NCBI GenBank assembly: GCA_965363545.1
Contig: CBDTUD010000011.1
Span: forward strand, 2,434-66,433
Length of the DNA stretch: 64,000 nucleotides
Origin: an uncultured Flavobacteriaceae bacterium
Lineage (GTDB): Bacteria; Bacteroidota; Bacteroidia; Flavobacteriales; Flavobacteriaceae
Direction of reading: 5' to 3'
In this document: piece after piece, positions 39,875 to 49,115 of the stretch
How the letters are laid out: the number at the start of each line of letters is the position of its first letter
Position numbering within the stretch: position 1 is the first letter of the stretch
Notes under the pieces: model-generated
The model's input: only the letters and a program-made list of their open reading frames with translations
What the model was told of the DNA's origin: nothing
The model's database searches: none
Position numbers and translations under genes: made by a program

Positions 39875-40026
39875 AATTCTTTATTTTGTCTGAACCAATT
39901 TTACCGCTTCATTTAAAGCATTTAAAACCGCTAGATCTTTTTTATAGAAATCTTTTTAATGGAATAAATTCATGTACTTATTAACTCCGGCTGTCAAGCA
40001 CAAAATTTAAATAGGCCTTTTATACA

Positions 40027-40383
40027 TTATATATTTTGTCCAAATGTCAATAAATTATTGTCTGGGTCGAGAATTGAAAATTCTTTTTGGCCCCAAGGTT
40101 TTGCTTCTAATTTTCCGTTTGGATGAATACGTGTTCCAATAGTCAACAAAGATTGATAAAGTTCGTCGATATTGTCAGTTCTAATATAGACTTGACCATA
40201 GTTTTCTTTTGGCTCAAGGTTTTTATATTCAAAGAAGTGAATTTGAATATTGTCTCTCTGTACCATTAGATATCCATCGAAGTCGACACTGCCTAATTCC
40301 TTAAACCCTAAACTTTTTAGGTAAAACTCTCGCGTATTGTTTTTATCACGCATTGGCAGTTTAGGGTTAATATCTGTCAGCAT
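40027..40383 (-). CDS. VOC (glyoxalase/bleomycin-resistance) family protein
   Basis: 118 aa with a beta-alpha-beta-beta-beta-like pattern, and the end region KPWGQKEFSILDPDNNLLTF typical of bleomycin-resistance-like VOCs. Confidence 0.75.
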   Translation of the reverse strand: MLTDINPKLPMRDKNNTREFYLKSLGFKELGSVDFDGYLMVQRDNIQIHFFEYKNLEPKENYGQVYIRTDNIDELYQSLLTIGTRIHPNGKLEAKPWGQKEFSILDPDNNLLTFGQNI

Positions 40384-40527
40384 AATTATATTCGTATATT
40401 CAGATTAAATCAAATCTTTAAGTATCACCTTTAGAAAAAATTATTTAATAATAAGCAGGTTTGCGCCATTTTATAAGGAACAACTTTTTTTAGAAACTCC
40501 TTTTTTCAACACTTTTAAACTATTCTT

Positions 40528-41616
40528 TTATTTAAAATAGCTAAAACCTTTTTTAGGATCAATTACCAATAATGATTCATAAATTAGCTTAATCACGTTC
40601 TCTACATCGTCTTTGTGCACCATTTCAACCGTTGTATGCATATAACGTAAGGCTAAAGAAATTAATGCTGACGGAACTCCTCCATTCGAATAAGCAAAAG
40701 CATCGGTATCTGTTCCAGTTGCACGGGAAGATGCCAAACGTTGAAACGGAATCTTATTCTTTTCCGCTGTTTCCAAAACAAGTTCCCGTAAATTATTTTG
40801 AACCGCAGGAGCATATGTAATAACAGGGCCGTCACCCGATTTTGTTTCTCCCTCTTTCTTTTTATCAATCATCGGTGTAGTTGTATCATGACAAACATCG
40901 GTAATAATAGCAAGATTTGGTTGAATGGTATGTGTAATCATTTCAGCACCTCGTAAGCCTATTTCTTCCTGAACTGAATTGGTTATATATAAGCCAAAAG
41001 GTAATTTTTTCTTATTTTCTTTTAATAATCTTGCAACTTCAGCGATCATAAAACCACCCATTCGATTATCTAAAGCACGACAAACAAAATTGTTTTTATT
41101 AAGAATCATGAACTCATCCGGATAGGTAATAACGCAACCCACATGAACACCTAATTCACCCACTTCTTTCTTGTTTTTACATCCAACATCGATAAAAATA
41201 TTATCCAATTTCGGAGCTTCCTCTTTGTCTTTCAATCGAGTATGAATTGCAGGCCATCCAAAAATTCCTTTTACAATTCCCTTTTTTGTATGAATATTTA
41301 CTCTTTTTGAAGGAGCAATAATATGGTCACTTCCTCCATTTCTAATTACATAAATCAAGCCCTCATCTGTAATATAATTAACATACCAAGAAATTTCATC
41401 TGCATGCCCTTCGATGACAACTTTAAATTCTGCATCCGGATTAATAATCCCAACGGCAGTACCATAACTATCTGTGATAAAGGTGTCTACATAAGGTTTT
41501 AAATACTCCATCCAGATTTTTTGTCCTTCTGATTCGTATCCTGTTGGTGAAGCATTATTTAAATATTTTTCTAAAAATTTCATTGAATTTTTAGTCAGTA
41601 ATTCTTGTTTAGCCAT
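40528..41616 (-). CDS. M42 family metallopeptidase (FrvX/glutamyl aminopeptidase-like)
   Basis: Contains EGHADEI, LDNRMGG, VQEEIGLRGA and DVCHDT. Confidence 0.85.
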   Translation of the reverse strand: MAKQELLTKNSMKFLEKYLNNASPTGYESEGQKIWMEYLKPYVDTFITDSYGTAVGIINPDAEFKVVIEGHADEISWYVNYITDEGLIYVIRNGGSDHIIAPSKRVNIHTKKGIVKGIFGWPAIHTRLKDKEEAPKLDNIFIDVGCKNKKEVGELGVHVGCVITYPDEFMILNKNNFVCRALDNRMGGFMIAEVARLLKENKKKLPFGLYITNSVQEEIGLRGAEMITHTIQPNLAIITDVCHDTTTPMIDKKKEGETKSGDGPVITYAPAVQNNLRELVLETAEKNKIPFQRLASSRATGTDTDAFAYSNGGVPSALISLALRYMHTTVEMVHKDDVENVIKLIYESLLVIDPKKGFSYFK

Positions 41617-41684
41617 AGTTCTTAAAATTTATATAAAAGTAAGAATAATCACAGAAATAATGGGAGAATCAACTGACATATTCT

Positions 41685-41692
41685 TAATTTTG
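41685..41692 (+). promoter_or_regulatory. Candidate -7 promoter box TAATTTTG
   Basis: Matches TAnnTTTG and ends 28 nt upstream of the ATG at 41721. Confidence 0.35.
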
Positions 41693-41720
41693 GAATCGTT
41701 TTTGATACCTATAATTTTTC

Positions 41721-42416
41721 ATGAGAAATACTTTATTTATTCTATTTGTTTTGGTTTCATTATCTGGATTTTCGCAAGAGATGAAAACGGACACCATTAT
41801 TAACGACATGCTCATTATTAGAAATGACAGCATGACGATGGCTTTGGATGAAATTGTGCTTTTTAAAAACAGAAATTTTAAATCGAACTCAGAAAAAAAA
41901 TACTATTATTGGTATTATAAAAAAGTTCATAAAGCCTATCCATTTGCTAAATTAGCTTCTGAAAGATTAACCGAAATCAATAAGGATTTAGAAAAAATAA
42001 CTTCGAATAGAAAAAGAAAAAAACATATTAAAGAGATTCAAAAATTCATGGAAGGAGAGTTTACAGATTCTTTAAAAACTTTAACCCGCACAGAAGGTCG
42101 CATTTTAATAAAATTAGTCGACCGGCAAACTGGAGAAACCATGTATGATTTAATCAAAGAGTATCGAAGCGGCTGGAACGCTTTTTGGTATAATTCTACC
42201 GCAAGTTTATTCAAACTATCATTGAAAAGTGAATACCATCCTGAAAGCGACCCTTTAGATTTTATTGTTGAAGATATTTTGCAACGATCCTTTGCTAACG
42301 GTACTTTAAAAAGACAAGAGTCCAAATTATCTGTCGAATATTTTGAATTGTTAGAACATTGGAAAGGTATCAATATGAAAAAAGAAATTGACGCTTATAT
42401 TGAAAAATATAAGTAA
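41721..42416 (+). CDS. Secreted conserved hypothetical protein (DUF4294-like)
   Basis: Signal peptide. The family name is from memory of the KKVHKAYPFA...EGRILIKL pattern and is tentative. Confidence 0.55.
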   Translation: MRNTLFILFVLVSLSGFSQEMKTDTIINDMLIIRNDSMTMALDEIVLFKNRNFKSNSEKKYYYWYYKKVHKAYPFAKLASERLTEINKDLEKITSNRKRKKHIKEIQKFMEGEFTDSLKTLTRTEGRILIKLVDRQTGETMYDLIKEYRSGWNAFWYNSTASLFKLSLKSEYHPESDPLDFIVEDILQRSFANGTLKRQESKLSVEYFELLEHWKGINMKKEIDAYIEKYK

Positions 42417-42419
42417 TTC

Positions 42420-44087
42420 TTAGCTAGATTCTTTAGAAACGTTTGGGTCTTTTTTAGTATCGTCACTTTTAAAATTTGTTAAAATTTCTTCTATTTTACT
42501 AGAAATATTTGCACCATTGGTGTCATATTTCATAGAAATACTATTCTTATCTGGAAACTGTTCAATCATGACCGTTGAACTTGGGAATGCAAATTGAACT
42601 CCCAAAGCAGCTGCCAATTTTACAATTGCCATGTGAAATCGATGTTTGGAGGATTGCTCAATACCCCAGTCCAATTCTTTAAAATAAAGATTTATCATGA
42701 TGAGAAGAGAAGAATCTCCAAAACCAGTAAACTCAACATTATAAGATTCGCTCAATGTTTCTGGATGTGCAATTATCAATTCCCGAACACCGGTCACAAA
42801 AGCCTGAATCAGTTCCGGTGGTGTGTCATATCGAATGCCCAATTCCGTTCGGTATCTTCTATAAATACGCAAACCTTTATTATTTATTTCTGCTTCGGAA
42901 ACTTTACTGTTCGGAATTTGATATAATGAAGTGTCTGCTGCTCGAACTCTTGTCGAACGCAAACCAACATTTTCAACAGTACCAACAACACTTCCAATTT
43001 CAACCCAGTCTCCAATATGAAATGGTTTATCCAAAAATATAACTACAGTTCCGATTAAATTTTTAACCGAATCTTGTGCAGCGAATGCCAATGCTAAACC
43101 ACCAATAGAAGCACCTGCTAAAACAGTGGTTGGATGAACCCCAAATAATGTTAGAACATGCAAAAATCCAACCAACATTACAAGTACCCTAAATATCTTA
43201 TTTAAAATAGGAGCTAATTGTTCATCCAATTTTGAAGGAGTCGTTTGTACATAATTTTGATATAATAAGAATAACAATTTAATCACAACTAAAAATGAAA
43301 AAACCCAAAATACAGTTTCTGCAATGTTTAAACCTAAAAAAAGAAAAGCATTAAAATCAACCAGTTGTAAACTTGGTAATATTCTTTTTATAAAACGTAT
43401 AATTAAAATAAAAACGATAGGACGTGCCAATTGATGCAATAGATCATACGAATTTCTATTAATTTCGTGAACAATGATTTTTTGTATCTTCTTTAATAAA
43501 AAGAAAACTATTGGTATTAAAATAAAATACAACAGAACACAAGCTCCAATTAAAATTAAAAAGCCCAACAATTTCCATATCTCAACACCCAAAAGTTTTC
43601 GATGCTCCAATTTTGGAAATTTCGATTGCACCCATGAAATTTCCCAAGCAAATGTATTGTTATAAAGTTGATCTATTTTGCTTATTGTTTCATAAGAATA
43701 ATACCAATTATCATTTATTTTTTCAACATAAATTTGAGGCATTCTGGTTGGAAATGGAACATATCTGTTTTTAGCTCTTTCTACATTAAGCTGAAGTTTC
43801 AAAATAGTATCCGAATAATTTGGATCACTAGGTATTTTCCCAAAGTCTAGAATCAATCCTTTACCGTCTAGAACCTTTTTTATCTTCTTTACTTTATCAA
43901 TTGCATCCTCTTGCGGTAAATCAAATATAGTAGTCGCAGCTTTCGCCTCGTCATAACTATCAGGTTGCAAGAAATAAATATGTGTATATAAGGTTGCATT
44001 CGGATTGCTTAAGTCAACAGAAACATTTTTTTGACCATAAGTAAACCCAAAAACGAATAAAAATAAAATCAGAAACTTTTTCATCAT
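42420..44087 (-). CDS. Mechanosensitive ion channel (MscS) family protein with a large N-terminal periplasmic domain
   Basis: MscS core PFHIGDWVEIGSVVGTVENVGLRSTRVR, preceded by several TM helices. I prefer the ATG at 44087 over the TTG at 44108. Confidence 0.85.
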   Translation of the reverse strand: MMKKFLILFLFVFGFTYGQKNVSVDLSNPNATLYTHIYFLQPDSYDEAKAATTIFDLPQEDAIDKVKKIKKVLDGKGLILDFGKIPSDPNYSDTILKLQLNVERAKNRYVPFPTRMPQIYVEKINDNWYYSYETISKIDQLYNNTFAWEISWVQSKFPKLEHRKLLGVEIWKLLGFLILIGACVLLYFILIPIVFFLLKKIQKIIVHEINRNSYDLLHQLARPIVFILIIRFIKRILPSLQLVDFNAFLFLGLNIAETVFWVFSFLVVIKLLFLLYQNYVQTTPSKLDEQLAPILNKIFRVLVMLVGFLHVLTLFGVHPTTVLAGASIGGLALAFAAQDSVKNLIGTVVIFLDKPFHIGDWVEIGSVVGTVENVGLRSTRVRAADTSLYQIPNSKVSEAEINNKGLRIYRRYRTELGIRYDTPPELIQAFVTGVRELIIAHPETLSESYNVEFTGFGDSSLLIMINLYFKELDWGIEQSSKHRFHMAIVKLAAALGVQFAFPSSTVMIEQFPDKNSISMKYDTNGANISSKIEEILTNFKSDDTKKDPNVSKESS

Positions 44088-44152
44088 AAAATTGAAAATT
44101 TTGCACAAAAATAAATATAAAATCTTACTGTTACTAGCATAATAATAAGATA

Positions 44153-46096
44153 TTAAACCCGCTTTCTTTTTCTTGATGATTTATCCATAACGCTAACAAA
44201 ACTGTCATTTTTTTTCTTATTTTTTTTAGTTTTAGCAGAATTTCCAAACTCTTTTTTATTCTTTGTAAATAATAGTTTTTCTACCAAATCATTTCTACCT
44301 ACTTTTTGCAAGGTGTTTCTGATCCAAGCTTGATTTTCTTTTTTGTACCAAAAGAAAAAACGATGCTGTTCTTCTTTTTCCTTTTTAGTTTTAGGTGTAA
44401 AAACCTCTTTCATGGTATATGGATGGTATCCACTATAATAGATAACAGTAGCAACCGTCATAGGTGTTGGTGTAAAACCCTGAACCTGCTCCAATTGAAA
44501 ACCCATATCTTTAGTCTCAACTGCCAAATTTGCCATATCTTCCACCTCACAAGCCGGATGATTTGAGATAAAATAAGGTATTAATTGTAAGTTTAATTTT
44601 TTACGAATATTAATTTTGTCAAAATTCTCTTTAAACTTATGAAAATAAGAAAAAGATGGTTTTCGCATTAACTTTAAAACTGCATCAGAAGTATGTTCCG
44701 GAGCAACCTTTAATCTTCCCGAAACATGATTGGTAATCACCTCTTCGGTATATTCATCTAACTCTTTTGGATCAGCATTTTTATTAAACTCAGGCACCAA
44801 CATATCATATCGAATTCCACTACCTATATAAGATTTTTTGACTTTCGGATGAGCATCCACTGCCTGATAAATTTCTGTTAGTGGTTTATGCGAAGTGTCT
44901 AAATTATGACAAATAACCGGTGAAATACACGACGGTGCAACACACTTGTCACAAATACTTTGAATTTTACCCTTCATTTGATACATATTCGCAGAAGGTC
45001 CACCGATATCGGACAAGTTTCCTTTAAAATCAGGCATTTGTGTAACCTTGTCTACTTCTTTTAAAATAGATTCTTTACTTCTGCTTGCAATAAACTTACC
45101 TTGATGGGCAGATATGGTACAAAAACTACACCCACCAAAACAACCTCTATGAATATTAATAGAGAATTTTATCATTTCGTATGCCGGAATCGGTCCGCGG
45201 TTATTGTATTTCGGATGCGGTAATCTAGTATACGGTAAGTCATAAGACGCATCTATTTCTTGCTCTGTCATTGTTTGAAAAACCGGATTAATAACCAATG
45301 TTTTCCCTTTTACTTTTTGCAAAATCCTTCTTCCGAAAATTTTATTTGATTCTTGCTCAATGACCTTAAAATTAGATGCAAACGTTTTCTTATCCTGTAA
45401 ACAGGCTTCATGAGAATTGATTTCTATGTCTTCCCAGTTTTTATTTTTAGGGATTTCTTCATTAGTATCGATTAAAAAAGCAGTTTGTTTAATGGTTTTT
45501 AAAGACGAAAAAGGCACTCCTTTTTGTAATAATTCAACTATTTCCCGCAAAGGTTGTTCGCCCATACCGTACACTAACAAATCAGCTTTTGAATCGGTTA
45601 AAATATTGGGTTTTAAAGTATCGCTCCAATAATCGTAATGTGTTACTCTTCGCAAAGAGGCTTCAATTCCACCAACTACAACAGGAACATCCGGAAATTT
45701 TTCCTTTAAAATTTGAGAATAAACGGTGGCTGCATAATCCGGTCGAAAACCTTTATCCCCATTTGGAGTATAGGCATCTTTGTCTCTTCGGCGTTTACTG
45801 GCAGTATAATTACTCACCATGGAATCCATTGCACCTGCAGTAACTGCAAAAAACATTTTCGGAGCTCCCATTTTAGTAAAATCTTGTAAATTATCATGAA
45901 CGCTTGGCTGCGGAATAATCGCAACCCGCAAACCAAAACTCTCTAAAATTCGACCTAAAACTGCCGGACCAAAAGCCGCATGATCAACATACGCATCTCC
46001 GCTAAAGATGATTACATCCAGTTCTTCCCAACCTCTAATTTTAACTTCTTTGTTAGTAGTTGGCAACCAATCCGAAAGTTGATACGTTTTTTCCAT
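44153..46096 (-). CDS. YgiQ (UPF0313) family radical SAM protein
   Basis: Radical SAM cluster CFGGCSFC, a characteristic N-terminal domain and a Lys/Arg-rich C-terminal tail. Confidence 0.85.
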   Translation of the reverse strand: MEKTYQLSDWLPTTNKEVKIRGWEELDVIIFSGDAYVDHAAFGPAVLGRILESFGLRVAIIPQPSVHDNLQDFTKMGAPKMFFAVTAGAMDSMVSNYTASKRRRDKDAYTPNGDKGFRPDYAATVYSQILKEKFPDVPVVVGGIEASLRRVTHYDYWSDTLKPNILTDSKADLLVYGMGEQPLREIVELLQKGVPFSSLKTIKQTAFLIDTNEEIPKNKNWEDIEINSHEACLQDKKTFASNFKVIEQESNKIFGRRILQKVKGKTLVINPVFQTMTEQEIDASYDLPYTRLPHPKYNNRGPIPAYEMIKFSINIHRGCFGGCSFCTISAHQGKFIASRSKESILKEVDKVTQMPDFKGNLSDIGGPSANMYQMKGKIQSICDKCVAPSCISPVICHNLDTSHKPLTEIYQAVDAHPKVKKSYIGSGIRYDMLVPEFNKNADPKELDEYTEEVITNHVSGRLKVAPEHTSDAVLKLMRKPSFSYFHKFKENFDKINIRKKLNLQLIPYFISNHPACEVEDMANLAVETKDMGFQLEQVQGFTPTPMTVATVIYYSGYHPYTMKEVFTPKTKKEKEEQHRFFFWYKKENQAWIRNTLQKVGRNDLVEKLLFTKNKKEFGNSAKTKKNKKKNDSFVSVMDKSSRKRKRV

Positions 46097-46152
46097 GCTG
46101 CAAAAATACTGTAAAAAAAGAGACTTTTAACCGATATTGATTTTTCGATAGC

Positions 46153-46170
46153 AAAAGTGATATCACTTTT
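46153..46170. promoter_or_regulatory. Perfect 18-bp palindrome AAAAGTGATATCACTTTT in a divergent intergenic region. It is a candidate operator.
   Basis: I verified the palindrome by hand. It lies 57 bp upstream of the ygiQ-like start (minus strand) and 84 bp upstream of the 46254 start (plus strand). Confidence 0.4.
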
Positions 46171-46253
46171 ACGTTAAATTTTTCTTAACGATTAAACTAT
46201 TTTATAAATATATCGTCTTAGAAACATAACAAGAAATATAAAATATATATATC

Positions 46254-46709
46254 ATGAAAAAATTATTTAGCATTATTTTAATAGGATTTACGATGGTTGC
46301 CTTTGCACAAAACACCTCGCCTAAAAAAGGAAACAAAACTCAAATGACACCTGAGCAACAAGCTATTACTCAAACAAAACATATGACATTAGCCCTTGAT
46401 TTAACAGAAAAGCAACAAACTCAGGTTTTGGCATTGAACAAAAAAATAGCTGTTGATCGCGATGCCATGCGAACCAAATACCGAGGTACTCAAAAAAATG
46501 GAACTTCTATGACCTCCGATCAAAAGTTTGAAATGAAAAATGCCAAGTTAGATGCGCAATTGAAGCACCAAACAGAAATGAAAAAAATATTGAATGAAAA
46601 ACAATATGAAGATTGGAAAACCATGCAACAAAAAAATAGAAAAGGACTTGGCATGAAAAGCGGAAGAAAAGGAGGAAACAAGAATCAAAATTTCCAAGGA
46701 AATAGATAA
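46254..46709 (+). CDS. Small secreted basic protein with an LTxxQ-like motif (Spy/CpxP-like periplasmic protein)
   Basis: Signal peptide, LDLTEKQQTQV and a helical K/Q-rich composition. Confidence 0.5.
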   Translation: MKKLFSIILIGFTMVAFAQNTSPKKGNKTQMTPEQQAITQTKHMTLALDLTEKQQTQVLALNKKIAVDRDAMRTKYRGTQKNGTSMTSDQKFEMKNAKLDAQLKHQTEMKKILNEKQYEDWKTMQQKNRKGLGMKSGRKGGNKNQNFQGNR

Positions 46710-46746
46710 TTGATTAATAATTAGTTTAGTAAGTTTACATTTATTT

Positions 46747-46778
46747 AAAAGCATTTGCCGTAAGCAGATGCTTTTTTT
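46747..46778. terminator. Bidirectional rho-independent terminator (AAGCATTTGC-N5-GCAGATGCTT plus a T-run)
   Basis: 10-bp stem with one G-U pair, flanked by AAAA and TTTTTTT. It sits between convergent genes. Confidence 0.65.
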
Positions 46779-47643
46779 ATTCTTTCGTAACATATAATTT
46801 CTGACCAATATTAATTTCATTTGAAGTCAAGTCGTTAATTTCTTTCAAAAAAGTTACGGTCGTACTATTATTTCTTGCAATAGAGTATAACGTATCCCCT
46901 TTTGTTACAATTATAAATTTGCCTTTCTCTGCGATGTCGCTGTCTATATCACTGCTTTCAGCTTCTAATTCAAATCGCTCGCTTCTTTTATAACCTTTGT
47001 TGTCAATTACCAAATCGTCATATGCATACAATTTATAATCTTCAATAAGATTGATCAATTTTGTAGGATATTTCCTATCTGTAGCATAGCCAGCTTTTTT
47101 TAACCCTTTGGCCCATGCCTTGTAATTATCCTTTTTCAAATCAAATAAAAAATCGTAACGACTTCTTGTTGTCAAGAAAAGTGAATGGTCGTTAAAAGAC
47201 CCTACCGGATTATCATATTTTCGAAAACATTCCCCACGTTTATCATCGTCGTGATACACTTTTTTACCTTTCCAATCACTATGACATTTAATACCAAAAT
47301 GATTATTTGCTTTTCTAGTAAGTTCGCTTCTACCGTTTCCTGATTCTAAAATCCCTTGTGCCAATGTGATACTCGCCGGAATTTTATATTCCATCATTTT
47401 TTCAATGGCAATATTCTTGTAATCAGAAATATATGCCAAAGTATAACCATTCAAATTGGAATTTTTTTCTTTAAAATCCCTATAAATAGCATCACTTTGG
47501 GCGTAAATTATATTCTCTTTCCGCTCTATTTCTTGATTTGCCCTTTTACTTTTAGTAGATATTTGTGTGCTTCTTTTAGATGAGCTACAACTTGTTAAAA
47601 AGAGACCTGATAAAATTACTATGATTATATTTATTTTTCGCAT
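46777..47643 (-). CDS. Lipoprotein with a GH73-type N-acetylglucosaminidase domain and a C-terminal LysM domain
   Basis: Lipobox FLTSC, glucosaminidase motif LAQGILESGNG and a LysM domain (VTKGDTLYSIARNN...IGQKLYV). Confidence 0.85.
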   Translation of the reverse strand: MRKINIIIVILSGLFLTSCSSSKRSTQISTKSKRANQEIERKENIIYAQSDAIYRDFKEKNSNLNGYTLAYISDYKNIAIEKMMEYKIPASITLAQGILESGNGRSELTRKANNHFGIKCHSDWKGKKVYHDDDKRGECFRKYDNPVGSFNDHSLFLTTRSRYDFLFDLKKDNYKAWAKGLKKAGYATDRKYPTKLINLIEDYKLYAYDDLVIDNKGYKRSERFELEAESSDIDSDIAEKGKFIIVTKGDTLYSIARNNSTTVTFLKEINDLTSNEINIGQKLYVTKE

Positions 47644-48569
47644 TATTGAAGTAATGGTAATTGTTTTTGATTTAATCTTGTATTCATTCCTGAAATTCCT
47701 TGCAAGCCACCGGTGTGAATTGCCAGAATTTTCGTGCCTTTTTCAAAATAACCTTTCTTGATAAGATCTATTATTCCAAACATCATTTTACCGGTATAAA
47801 TCGGATCCAGAGAAATACCTGTTTCCTCTTTAAAATTGTTGTTAAAATTAATCAATTCTTCATTGATTTTAGCAAAGCCCCCAAAATGATAGTCTATATT
47901 TAAACTCCATTTAACATTTGGTATTGTGTATTTCTCAATTTCCTTTTTTAAAAAATCACCTTTTAAAGCAGGAAAACCAATTACCCTCTGGTTTGATTTT
48001 AAAGAATTTATAATCCCAGCAATGGTACCTCCGGTTCCTATAGAAACACAAACTACATCAAACATTGCATCTTCCGATTGTAATATTTCTTCACAACCTT
48101 TAACTGCCAAACTATTGGTTCCTCCTTCCGGAATCAGATAAAAATCACCAAATTCTTTTGTGATTTTTTCTTTAAACTGTTCTATGTTTTTTAAACGATA
48201 ATCAGTTCTGGTAACAAATTTAAAAATCATGCCGTGCTTATGTGCAATTCTTAAAGTAGGATTATTTCGAATGGTTTCGGAAAAATTTTCTTCCAATTCA
48301 TCTCCTCTAATTACGCCAATAGTTTTAAATCCGTATTCTTTACCCGCAAAGGCAACTGCTGCGATATGATTTGAAAATGCACCACCAAAAGTAAGTAATG
48401 TATTATGCGATTCTTCTTTCGCCTTTAAAATATTATACTTTAATTTTCTATATTTATTTCCCGAAATAAAAGGATGGATACTATCTTCTCTTTTGAGGAA
48501 AAGTGAAACACCCGAATCTTCAATTTCATTTAATCGAATGGCGCTATTTTTAATTTTTTTCTTCAGAAT
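47643..48569 (-). CDS. ACC deaminase / D-cysteine desulfhydrase family PLP enzyme. The 5' end is uncertain because there is no canonical start codon.
   Basis: The ORF track begins at TTG 48296, but the same frame is open up to the TAA at 48576-48578. That upstream stretch encodes the conserved N-terminus LFLKREDSIHPFISGNKYRKLKYN (PLP lysine motif) and TFGGAFSNH. The only possible starts there are ATT (48567-48569) or CTG (48564-48566). Confidence 0.65.
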   Translation of the reverse strand: MLKKKIKNSAIRLNEIEDSGVSLFLKREDSIHPFISGNKYRKLKYNILKAKEESHNTLLTFGGAFSNHIAAVAFAGKEYGFKTIGVIRGDELEENFSETIRNNPTLRIAHKHGMIFKFVTRTDYRLKNIEQFKEKITKEFGDFYLIPEGGTNSLAVKGCEEILQSEDAMFDVVCVSIGTGGTIAGIINSLKSNQRVIGFPALKGDFLKKEIEKYTIPNVKWSLNIDYHFGGFAKINEELINFNNNFKEETGISLDPIYTGKMMFGIIDLIKKGYFEKGTKILAIHTGGLQGISGMNTRLNQKQLPLLQ

Positions 48570-48575
48570 TGCTTG

Positions 48576-48899
48576 TTATAAATAGTTTAAAAAACTCCAA
48601 AATTTTCTGTCGCGAAGATAAGTAAGATTTTTCTCATTTTTATACGCTTCTTTTTCAAAACTAATGTTAAAATATGCGCGCATCCAATTTCTGCTTATGA
48701 CTAATCGAATTAAAAATTCTAACAAATACCAAACAAAAAAAGGAAGTACCAACATTTCAATTTGTTGCCGCAAATGAATTTTTTCATGATGCAGCAAGGT
48801 TTTATTATTTTTTAAAAACCTATCTTTCAAAATGATAAATGGCCAAATAGTTATGGCATTAAATTTCGGTGCTAGAAATATTTTTGAAAAGATTAACAT
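48576..48899 (-). CDS. Small membrane protein with an HExxH motif (putative minimal metalloprotease-like protein)
   Basis: 107 aa with HHEKIHLRQQ followed by a TM helix and ...FEKEAY. Confidence 0.55.
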   Translation of the reverse strand: MLIFSKIFLAPKFNAITIWPFIILKDRFLKNNKTLLHHEKIHLRQQIEMLVLPFFVWYLLEFLIRLVISRNWMRAYFNISFEKEAYKNEKNLTYLRDRKFWSFLNYL

Positions 48900-48943
48900 G
48901 TCCGAAAAGTACGAAAATCAATTCAAAAATTTATTTTTGCATT

Positions 48944-49105
48944 ATGAGTTTCAAACAAGAAGAATTATTGCCTGAAGATTTTTATTTGAGCGATCAAGGT
49001 TTTAAGGTTTTTACCGAGAAATACCATTTAAAACGGGGCTATTGCTGTAAAAATAATTGCCGTCATTGCCCTTACGGATACAATCCTGCAAAAGAAAATT
49101 ATTAA
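48944..49105 (+). CDS. Cys-rich mini-protein (DUF5522-like, 53 aa)
   Basis: Contains FTEKYHLKRGYCCKNNCRHCPYGY. I prefer the ATG at 48944; the longer ORF-track start would overlap the divergent gene. Confidence 0.6.
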   Translation: MSFKQEELLPEDFYLSDQGFKVFTEKYHLKRGYCCKNNCRHCPYGYNPAKENY

Positions 49106-49115
49106 AAATAATTTC

